A stretch of 64,000 nucleotides of DNA, from assembly GCA_017479205.1 (NCBI GenBank), contig JAFVCN010000009.1:2179-66178 (forward strand), written 5' to 3'. The notes beneath the pieces were generated by a model, which worked only from the letters and a program-made list of their open reading frames with translations, had not been told where the DNA came from and searched no databases. Source of the stretch: Candidatus Saccharimonadota bacterium. Lineage in GTDB: Bacteria; Patescibacteriota; Saccharimonadia; Saccharimonadales; Saccharimonadaceae. This document shows positions 29,365 to 36,503 of this stretch, one piece after another (position 1 is the stretch's first letter; every line of letters starts with the position of its first letter). The position numbers and the translations under genes are program-made.

Positions 29365-30111
29365 TTATCCATAAATTTTCTGTAGTACTTTACCATATTT
29401 CGAGAAGCTTGCGGGATAAATTTTTAATCTAGAAATTGCGTCAACAAACCATTTTGGGTAACATTTAGCGCTTTTAACCTCCATAACGACCTCACCTTTT
29501 TTGAAGAATAAGTTGCCTTGATCGCCTTTTTCTAATCTTAAATCTGTTTCGCGACTACGAATATTGCGATCGAAAGTTAAGCGAAAGGTTGGATCTTTTT
29601 CATCAACATAGCTAGTGCGGTCGTAAGCAAGGAATAGCGCTGGATGGAGACGATAATAACGAAAACAATAACGAATTTCCTCTTCGATTTGGGGGTTATT
29701 AGAATAGTTTTTAACAGTTTCATCATCAACAATAGTAGCTAAATCTCCATTATCTCCAAGATATTCCGCTTCACGTTCATCGCAGAATTTATAAAAATCA
29801 GCTAATTTTATCGGGATACGGCGTTTATAACCAGTACCATCAAACTTTTTCTTGATTTCAACAAAAACTGTTTCATCGAGATTTTTAGGGATTTCATAGC
29901 TACGGACGCGAATTTTCTCCTTAAAAAGCGGTTTCTCTAGAGAGTGAATACCGAGCCATTTTGAATCAGTATCAAAATAAACTGATAGATTAGTCCCCTT
30001 AAAATATTTATCCTGTTTCAGGTATGGCTCGATAATATCAAGTAGAGCCTTAACTTGTTTCTCAGTTAGGATATATTTAGTTTCAACTCTTTCAAAAATC
30101 GTTTGTATCAT
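29365..30111 (-). CDS. VTC-domain (CYTH-like triphosphate tunnel / polyphosphate-polymerase-like) protein
   Basis: FERVETKYIL start motif, with length and charged-strand pattern typical of bacterial VTC-domain proteins. Sits next to DUF4956, as in known gene neighbourhoods. Confidence 0.55.
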   Translation of the reverse strand: MIQTIFERVETKYILTEKQVKALLDIIEPYLKQDKYFKGTNLSVYFDTDSKWLGIHSLEKPLFKEKIRVRSYEIPKNLDETVFVEIKKKFDGTGYKRRIPIKLADFYKFCDEREAEYLGDNGDLATIVDDETVKNYSNNPQIEEEIRYCFRYYRLHPALFLAYDRTSYVDEKDPTFRLTFDRNIRSRETDLRLEKGDQGNLFFKKGEVVMEVKSAKCYPKWFVDAISRLKIYPASFSKYGKVLQKIYG

Positions 30112-30182
30112 ATTTGCATTATAGGTTTTAAAGCTTAAAGAAAACTTAAGAAGAGTTAAGACTTCTTAAAATGTTATTATAC

Positions 30183-30211
30183 TTGACTTTTTAAGATGTT
30201 TATGCTATAAT
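30183..30211 (+). promoter_or_regulatory. consensus promoter
   Basis: TTGACT, 17-nt spacer, TGCTATAAT. Confidence 0.6.
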
Positions 30212-30307
30212 AGAAGCATAACCTGGTATTTTGCCAATGAGCAATAGTACCTTAACAGTTGGTGGTGAAACAGCACAAAGTACAATTTTCTAAGGAGGAA
30301 CAGTATT

Positions 30308-30871
30308 ATGGGTAAAATGAAAGATTTTTTTGCAACACTGAAAAATGAAGACCTGGAGGATATCGAGGAGAAGGCGCCGAAGAAGGTAAAGAAGCCTTCT
30401 GAGAAGGCTGCTCCAAAAGAGACATCCAAAAAGGATGAGGCTCGAGAGCCGGTATCTTCAACTGAAGCGCTTCTGAATGCGTTTGAATACGCTGCGTCAC
30501 AAGATGTTAGCGCAGACCTGACCGCAGCTCTGAAAGGGAAGGAGATTTCGAATAACCTTCGGAAACTTCTACAGGTTTTGGTCGACAACGACCATGTCCG
30601 GAAGCTCCTGCTCTCGCAGGCGGAAGTAAAGAAGCCGGAACCGAAGCCCGATGAATACGACCTCGATCCGGTTTATACGGATAAGGACGGCAAGGTTGTT
30701 CCGGACGAAGTTATCGAGGCGATGATCAAATCGGGAACGGCGCTTGAGGCGCTCGGCGTAACGGCAAAGCTCGAAAGACGGTCGAAAAAGACCGGCGAGA
30801 TTATCGGCGAAGCGAGCGAAGAAGAGTTTAAGAAGTATTTCGATGACCTTTATAAGGCATCGAAGAAATAA
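30308..30871 (+). CDS. hypothetical K/E-rich protein (first gene of G+C-richer block)
   Basis: Consensus promoter, strong SD TAAGGAGGA and a GC-hairpin terminator downstream. No family recognised. Confidence 0.5.
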   Translation: MGKMKDFFATLKNEDLEDIEEKAPKKVKKPSEKAAPKETSKKDEAREPVSSTEALLNAFEYAASQDVSADLTAALKGKEISNNLRKLLQVLVDNDHVRKLLLSQAEVKKPEPKPDEYDLDPVYTDKDGKVVPDEVIEAMIKSGTALEALGVTAKLERRSKKTGEIIGEASEEEFKKYFDDLYKASKK

Positions 30872-30897
30872 AACCACCAACTCCAGTTACACCAGGG

Positions 30898-30922
30898 GAA
30901 AGGACGCTTCGGCGTCCTTTTC
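30898..30922 (+). terminator. intrinsic terminator
   Basis: AGGACGC-TTCG-GCGTCCT followed by TTTTC. Confidence 0.7.
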
Positions 30923-30962
30923 TAATGCGATTTTACCATAAGCGGAATATCTGTTATTATTA

Positions 30963-30991
30963 TTGACAAAATTGCTTATGTATGATATAAT
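30963..30991 (+). promoter_or_regulatory. perfect consensus promoter
   Basis: TTGACA, 17-nt spacer, TGATATAAT. Confidence 0.65.
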
Positions 30992-30997
30992 GGAATC

Positions 30998-31267
30998 AGT
31001 CTATGGAATTGGGAGCTACCCCTGTTAAATAACCATAATAGGGAAAGGTAAAGAACAATTTTGTGACGACCATTAAAAACCGAATCATCTCAGGTACAAA
31101 TGTACCTGTTTTTAATATATTGTTTATCGTTTACATATATCGCCCCTCTCGGGGAAGTTTAAGCGAAAGCTTAAGCGGTTCGAGAGAGGCGTGGTGAACC
31201 TCTCGAGAATTGACACTTGCACACGCCGTGATTACGGCTCGTACACAATTCTAAAGGAGGAATCATT
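30998..31267 (+). promoter_or_regulatory. about 270-nt structured leader (candidate riboswitch/attenuator or small RNA plus leader)
   Basis: Internal intrinsic terminator at 31091-31113. Downstream is a long hairpin with a GAAA tetraloop and competing CCTCTCG/CGAGAGAGG pairings before SD AAAGGAGGA. Confidence 0.4.
31091..31113 (+). terminator. intrinsic terminator inside the leader
   Basis: CAGGTACA-AA-TGTACCTG followed by TTTTT. Confidence 0.6.
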
Positions 31268-31885
31268 ATGTTAGTAATCAATATCATTGTAGATCTGATC
31301 CTGATGGGTATAGCGGCTCATCTCTTTGCTTCGGAGCTCGAATCCGTTTCGGCGACTAGAGCTTTGAAGGACGCGGATAACCCAAAGCGTTATCTGGAAC
31401 TGGGCATAATCGGACGGATAGTTTTAGCGGCGGTTCCGATGGTTCTTTTCGTAATAATCCTACTCATTAAGAGATGGTTTATTCCGACATCAATCATTGT
31501 GCTGATCGTTGCATTGCTGTCTGAAGTAGCTTTTGTCTGGCTTAGGTTAAATGGATTTAAGACCTTTAAGGTCTGGTTAATGTTTTATTTTGCATTAACC
31601 TGGACCGGGATGAATCGAGATGCGTTCGACATATCGAAAATGACAACCTGGACTATTGCTTGGTCTGTTATTATGTCGATTACGGCGCTATTTACGATCA
31701 TCGCAGCGATTATACTGATTGGCCATGATCCGGACGCAGAGGAAGAGGACGATGAAGAAGATACAGGAATTTCTCCAATTTGGGGGAAAATCTTCAAAAT
31801 CGTTATCGTGATTGTAGCAGTAGTTGTAGTGTTTAGTTTGGCATACTGGCTTTGCAATAGCCTGATTGTGCCTAGGCTTTTATAA
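31268..31885 (+). CDS. hypothetical polytopic membrane protein with acidic loop (DPDAEEEDDEEDTG)
   Basis: About 6 hydrophobic helices. SD AAAGGAGGA upstream. No family recognised. Confidence 0.5.
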   Translation: MLVINIIVDLILMGIAAHLFASELESVSATRALKDADNPKRYLELGIIGRIVLAAVPMVLFVIILLIKRWFIPTSIIVLIVALLSEVAFVWLRLNGFKTFKVWLMFYFALTWTGMNRDAFDISKMTTWTIAWSVIMSITALFTIIAAIILIGHDPDAEEEDDEEDTGISPIWGKIFKIVIVIVAVVVVFSLAYWLCNSLIVPRLL

Positions 31886-31902
31886 GGAAGGGGGAACTAC
31901 CT

Positions 31903-33624
31903 ATGAGAAGAGTTATAGCGATTTTTCTGGTAGTAGCTCTCGTGGCTACTTCAGGAGTCCTGGTTTCTTTAGCTAAGGCGGGTGTCTTCTCCCGCTCTAA
32001 AGATAATGAGGATACAACAACCGAAACGGCTAGTACCGAAGAGCAGACTGATTCTACCATTGAGGTGGAAACGCATAATGACGGGATTAGTAAAGACGAT
32101 CCGTTGTATAATGCGAAGATTACTCTGAAGGTTAACGTGACGGATGACGACCTGAGGAAGTTTGTCGTGGATTATACCAAGAAATTTGATGACATTTCAA
32201 TGCCGTCAAATAACGACAAGCGTACTTCAGCACCAGCAAAAGTTGGCTGGGGTGAGGAAGACATGAAGATGTATGATGCAGTCGGAATGCATTTCTCTAC
32301 CGTCGAGAAGGGTAAAACCAAGTATTCAAAGAAGGACATCGAGACTATGGTCGACGAACTCCGTAAGGCAATTCGCCAAAACCCGGTCATCGGAATGATG
32401 GTACTTGAAGGAATGCAATATATGGAGCTGACGGACGGAACTATCGTTGCCGAACTCAATGCAGATTGGGTAAAGAAGGCTCTTGAGCTCTATGACGAGT
32501 ATGGCGTAGGGGTATGGCTTACATACCACACAAAGTACTGGGAGATTTACGGGTTTGAGCTTCCGCACGACGGCCAGTCGGTCGAAGAGTGGAGAGCGGC
32601 TCACCCTGACGCTCCTGAAGTAACAGAAGAGCTGATGAAACTCGTTACGGTTAGTGATGAGAAAAAAGAATATCAGCTCTTCATCAGTGAAGAGGACCCT
32701 AATAACTACGATAAGGTGTCTAAGTATATCTTGATGTGGTTAGACAGGCTGACTTGTGAAGGAGTTGAAACATACTCCACAAGTACCTTTTGGTACTTGA
32801 ACAGTCAGATGGATGCAAATCTGGTCCGTGCTATCAGAAACACCGATAAGAATCGCGTAGAATCTCTTCCTAGTCTTAACTTTTCTGTAAGAGTGAAAGA
32901 CGATAACGGAAAGATCAGACAGATTTTCTTCGGTTTTAATATATATGATATGAGGTTGTTAATCTTTGAGCGGACAGCAACTCCGACAAAGACAATTCAG
33001 CCGAGCAATCCGAAGCCGACGGGCAACACCAACCCTCCGGCACCGACTGGCAATACGAATCCGCCGAACCCGAGCGGTGGAACGAATCCGCCGAACCCGA
33101 GTGGAGGTACAAATCCTCCGAATCCGAATCCTGGAGATAATCCGAATCCTCCAGGGCCGAATCCGCCGAAGCCTCCTACTCCGGTAAATCCGGGCAAGGA
33201 CGACGGTGACGGTTCCGTTCATCATGGCGATGCGGATAAGGGCGGCGGCGAAGGCCAAGGCGGAACGGGCGCTCCGACAGGTGACCATAGTAAGGATGAT
33301 ATGCAGGACGCTCACGGTGGCTCTGATCAAAATCAGGGACACAGTAATACGAATACGGTTACTCCGGATACTCCTCCGGCCTCAAATACCGGACATCAGG
33401 ATAACGCTGCAGGATCTGGCACGAATGGTCAGAACGCTCCGGCGGATGATCATAACTCTAATACCGTAGAGAATACTAACGAGTCGCAGATGAACTACGG
33501 AGAAGACTCCGGAGCAAAATCTAACGACGATGTTAATACCTCTGGTAGCGGAGCTCCGGCTGGAACTGATAATGACATGAGTAATGACATGAGTGACGGC
33601 GCAATCGCTGAACCGGGAACCTAA
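31903..33624 (+). CDS. secreted/anchored protein with Pro-rich nonapeptide repeats and low-complexity tail
   Basis: Signal/TM MRRVIAIFLVVALVATSGVLV, a globular domain of about 330 aa, PTGNTNPPA/PSGGTNPPN repeats and a G/D/N/S/T-rich end. SD GGAAGGGGG upstream. Confidence 0.55.
   Translation: MRRVIAIFLVVALVATSGVLVSLAKAGVFSRSKDNEDTTTETASTEEQTDSTIEVETHNDGISKDDPLYNAKITLKVNVTDDDLRKFVVDYTKKFDDISMPSNNDKRTSAPAKVGWGEEDMKMYDAVGMHFSTVEKGKTKYSKKDIETMVDELRKAIRQNPVIGMMVLEGMQYMELTDGTIVAELNADWVKKALELYDEYGVGVWLTYHTKYWEIYGFELPHDGQSVEEWRAAHPDAPEVTEELMKLVTVSDEKKEYQLFISEEDPNNYDKVSKYILMWLDRLTCEGVETYSTSTFWYLNSQMDANLVRAIRNTDKNRVESLPSLNFSVRVKDDNGKIRQIFFGFNIYDMRLLIFERTATPTKTIQPSNPKPTGNTNPPAPTGNTNPPNPSGGTNPPNPSGGTNPPNPNPGDNPNPPGPNPPKPPTPVNPGKDDGDGSVHHGDADKGGGEGQGGTGAPTGDHSKDDMQDAHGGSDQNQGHSNTNTVTPDTPPASNTGHQDNAAGSGTNGQNAPADDHNSNTVENTNESQMNYGEDSGAKSNDDVNTSGSGAPAGTDNDMSNDMSDGAIAEPGT
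33001..33195 (+). repeat. imperfect tandem 27-nt repeats encoding PTGNTNPPA / PTGNTNPPN / PSGGTNPPN x2, then a degenerate Pro-rich run
   Basis: Read directly from the nucleotide and protein sequence. Confidence 0.8.
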
Positions 33625-33654
33625 TTTTCCGATAAACAATAAGAAGCACTTTTT

Positions 33655-33680
33655 GGGAGGGGGCTTAAAAACCTCCTCCC
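33655..33680 (+). terminator. GC hairpin after the Pro-rich protein gene (no T run)
   Basis: GGGAGGGGG-CTTAAAAA-CCTCCTCCC. Confidence 0.4.
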
Positions 33681-33820
33681 AATTCTAGGAATTTGTGTTT
33701 GAGATGATTCGGTTTTGGTGGCAAAGACGAAAATTAACAATTCGGCTAGCAAAACCGCGAAGAAAAGTCACGGTAGATGACAATTCTTCAAAAATATTAA
33801 CTATAAGAAAGGAGCTTAAA

Positions 33821-35422
33821 GTGAAAAAAGCTATTAAACTCGTTACGATGGCTGCTGCAGTTGCTACTGTTGGCGCTATCACAACCGCGATCGTTTCGGC
33901 TTGGGGAGATAACTCCGGCGGACGTCGTACTTATACCGTCGCTGAAATCAATAAGGGCGATTTAGGTAATAAAATTGTCTTTAACTCGATTAAAGACGAC
34001 TCGCTCAAAGCGGGTTCAATCAAAGATGAGCGTAACTTCGTTGCGGCTCGTGACGCTTCTACCGGTAATAACGGTGTTAATAACGTCTGGCAGAACAATG
34101 AAATCACGGTTGAGGAAGGCAAAACTTACATCATCCGTCTTTATGTTCATAATAACAACCCTAATGGCAGAAATGCCGTTGCTAAAGACGTTTCTACGAA
34201 CTTTAGTCTAGGTACAGTTGTTTCTACCGAACAGCGTGTCGATGGTTATATTAACTCTTCAAATGCTACCCCGTCTAAATACTGGGATGATGTCGTTTTC
34301 AAGAGTAATAACGGTAAAAAATTCTATCTTGATTACGTTGAAGGGTCTGCTCTTCTCGAAAATCAGGGCGTCGGTAAAAACGGCGGCGTAAAACTTGCTG
34401 ATAATGTCGTTACGAACGGCGTTAAAATCGGCTACGACAGCTTAAACGGTGAAGTTCCGGGCTGTTACAGCTTCGATAACTATATTACTATCGAAGTTAA
34501 ACCAGTTTTTGAATCTTCTGAAATCTCAAAAACTGTTAGAAAACTTACTGATCAGAAATTCAGCGAAAGCGTAAATGCTACAATTGGCGAAACTGTTGAA
34601 TTCCAGATTATGTACAAAAACTTAAACGCAACTCAGGTAAGTAATACTACTCTTCGTGATTCTCTTCCGAAGGGTCTAGAATATGTTGCAAACTCTACTA
34701 AGATTTACAACTCTACTTATCCAAACGGTGCAGCTGTTACTAGCGATAAATTAACTGCTGAAGGTATTAATATCGGCGGTTATAAAGTTGGTGCAAATGC
34801 CTATATCCGTTTCCAGGCTAAGGTTGTAGATAATAGCCTTACCTGTGGTACAAACCGCTTAATTAACTGGGCAAAAGCAGTTAACTATGTTGGTACTTCT
34901 ACAAACGTAAACTACTTTGCTGTCCAGGATAGTGCAGAAGTTTATGTTGAAAAAACATGTGAACAGCCAAAAGAAGAACACAAATGTGAAGTAATCTCTG
35001 GCGTTTACTATGGTAAAGAAGGTAAGGTCGTTACTAAGGAAGTTTACGATAAAGAATGTACAACTCCAAAGACCGAGCATAAATGTGAAGTCGTTTCTGG
35101 TGTTTACTACGGTAAAAACGGAAATATTGTCGACGAAAAGACTTATAAGTCTGAATGTGAATCTACCCCAACCCCAACTGAAACTCACAAATGTGAAATC
35201 GTTAAGGGTACCTACTATGGTGTAAATGGCGATACGGTTGACTACAGTACTTATAAAGCTCAGTGTGAGAAGGGCAGCAATGGAACAGTTGATACTCTTC
35301 CAAAAACTGGTGCAGCTTCAATTGCAACTGGTGTTGCTGGCCTCGGCGGAACAGTTACCGTCGCTGGTTATTATCTTGCTAGCCGTAAACAGCTTAAAAA
35401 GTATTATTTAAGTAAAAAATAG
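33821..35422 (+). CDS. LPXTG-anchored surface protein with DUF11-like fold and three Cys-bracketed repeats
   Basis: GTG 33821 lies 7 nt after AAAGGAG. Signal peptide is present. LPKTG (35297-35311), a hydrophobic helix and a basic tail (RKQLKKYYLSKK) form a sortase sorting signal. Confidence 0.8.
   Translation: MKKAIKLVTMAAAVATVGAITTAIVSAWGDNSGGRRTYTVAEINKGDLGNKIVFNSIKDDSLKAGSIKDERNFVAARDASTGNNGVNNVWQNNEITVEEGKTYIIRLYVHNNNPNGRNAVAKDVSTNFSLGTVVSTEQRVDGYINSSNATPSKYWDDVVFKSNNGKKFYLDYVEGSALLENQGVGKNGGVKLADNVVTNGVKIGYDSLNGEVPGCYSFDNYITIEVKPVFESSEISKTVRKLTDQKFSESVNATIGETVEFQIMYKNLNATQVSNTTLRDSLPKGLEYVANSTKIYNSTYPNGAAVTSDKLTAEGINIGGYKVGANAYIRFQAKVVDNSLTCGTNRLINWAKAVNYVGTSTNVNYFAVQDSAEVYVEKTCEQPKEEHKCEVISGVYYGKEGKVVTKEVYDKECTTPKTEHKCEVVSGVYYGKNGNIVDEKTYKSECESTPTPTETHKCEIVKGTYYGVNGDTVDYSTYKAQCEKGSNGTVDTLPKTGAASIATGVAGLGGTVTVAGYYLASRKQLKKYYLSKK
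34972..35274 (+). repeat. three tandem repeats of about 100-111 nt, each encoding HKCE(V/I)xxGxYYGxxGxxVxxxxYxxxC
   Basis: EHKCEVISGVYYGKEGKVVTKEVYDKEC / EHKCEVVSGVYYGKNGNIVDEKTYKSEC / HKCEIVKGTYYGVNGDTVDYSTYKAQC. Confidence 0.8.
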
Positions 35423-35459
35423 ACCGCTCCTCGCTTGAGCAAAACTTAAGCGAAAAAAA

Positions 35460-35489
35460 GTACCTCCCGAATTTTGGGAGGTACTTTTT
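35460..35489 (+). terminator. intrinsic terminator after the LPXTG gene
   Basis: GTACCTCCC-GAATTTT-GGGAGGTAC followed by TTTTT. Confidence 0.75.
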
Positions 35490-35506
35490 GTGGACAGAAA
35501 AGTGTG

Positions 35507-35536
35507 TTGACGCTGTCAACGCGCTTATGCTATAAT
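35507..35536 (+). promoter_or_regulatory. promoter with operator-like palindrome; near-leaderless
   Basis: TTGACG, 18-nt spacer, TGCTATAAT, with ATG 9 nt downstream. GTTGACGCTGTCAAC (35506-35520) is an inverted repeat over the -35. Confidence 0.55.
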
Positions 35537-35545
35537 TAAATTACG

Positions 35546-36502
35546 ATGGGTCAAGAAAATAAAAACCTTTTTAATAATCGTCTTGGGATGCGTCCGAGTC
35601 GTAACCTTTCTGCGACAGAAGAATTAAATCGTATCTCTGCTGATTCGAATCCTAACCCAGCTCCGACTGGAGATATTGTGTTGAGTAGTGGCGCGCCAAA
35701 ATCTTCTGGTGGCGGTAAGAAAGTTTTGATTATTAGCTTAATTATTTTAGTTTTTGCAGCTCTAGTAGGAGGTGCAATTTTCTTTATGATACAGGAGCAG
35801 GGGGGCAACGGCAGTAGTTCCTCATCTAGCGTAAAAGGCGATTATAAAATAGAGTTTAATCAGTTTGCTAATTACTTGATTAGGGGCGAAGTAAAAGATA
35901 CTGCTCTGACTGGTACGAATGATAGTTTAGGGAATTATGCGTTCAATAAAGCAATTCGTGGTGACGAGAATACGAAAAAGAGTTTTATGGAAAAAGCGTA
36001 TGGGTTATATGAGAAATTTAATAATGATTATTCGGCGTCTAATATTGAAGATGATGATTTGAATGCTCGAGTTAAGAGCTATTATGGTAGCATTAAAATG
36101 CTTTATCTTTACGAAATGTCGGATAAACTTAGTGACGAAGAGATATTCCGAGAGTATATTGAAAAAGGTGAAGATAGTGCGCGAGAGTTAGTTGATAATT
36201 CGTATGCAGAGATGTTTAACTCGGACTCTGAAGTTGCAAAGACATACGCGGAAGTACTGCGTGAAGCTAATAGCGCCTATTTAGCTCAGCTAGTTAAATA
36301 TGCAGGTGTTGGCTGTGTTAGTAAGGAAAATGGGCTTGATCGAAAATGTGTGGGTTTGAAGATTCCGTATGATGATGATACAAAGAATTACGAAAAAATG
36401 AGTCAAAAAGTATATAAGATGTATAATAGTGCAGTTTCGGAAATTACAAATGAATGCTGGAATATTTCAGAAGCTATAAATAAAAATGGAGAGGAGAGCT
36501 AA
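35546..36502 (+). CDS. hypothetical type II membrane-anchored protein
   Basis: A cytoplasmic N-terminus of about 60 aa, one TM (VLIISLIILVFAALVGGAIFFMI) and an extracytoplasmic domain. Near-leaderless promoter. Coupled to the next gene. Confidence 0.5.
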   Translation: MGQENKNLFNNRLGMRPSRNLSATEELNRISADSNPNPAPTGDIVLSSGAPKSSGGGKKVLIISLIILVFAALVGGAIFFMIQEQGGNGSSSSSSVKGDYKIEFNQFANYLIRGEVKDTALTGTNDSLGNYAFNKAIRGDENTKKSFMEKAYGLYEKFNNDYSASNIEDDDLNARVKSYYGSIKMLYLYEMSDKLSDEEIFREYIEKGEDSARELVDNSYAEMFNSDSEVAKTYAEVLREANSAYLAQLVKYAGVGCVSKENGLDRKCVGLKIPYDDDTKNYEKMSQKVYKMYNSAVSEITNECWNISEAINKNGEES

Positions 36503-36503
36503 A

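Noticed and set aside
30203-30216. 14-nt identity TGCTATAATAGAAG at 30203-30216 and 40404-40417 as possible att-like direct repeats bounding the 10-kb surface block
   Set aside because: Nine of the 14 nt are the common extended -10 promoter box. The few extra matches fall within chance expectation for an AT-rich 64-kb window. No integrase is adjacent.
30205-30880. Antisense ORFs 30205..30588 and 30569..30880
   Set aside because: They are open only because the sense gene is G+C-richer and poor in antisense stop codons. They have no start context, and the sense gene has a promoter, an SD and a terminator.
32959-33469. Cluster of Arg-rich or Gly/Phe-rich ORFs on both strands (32959..33342, 32966..33187, 32997..33201, 33206..33469)
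   Set aside because: These are alternative-frame and antisense readings of the Pro/Asn/Gly repeat region of gene 31903-33624. Their composition is an artefact of the repeats and the higher G+C.
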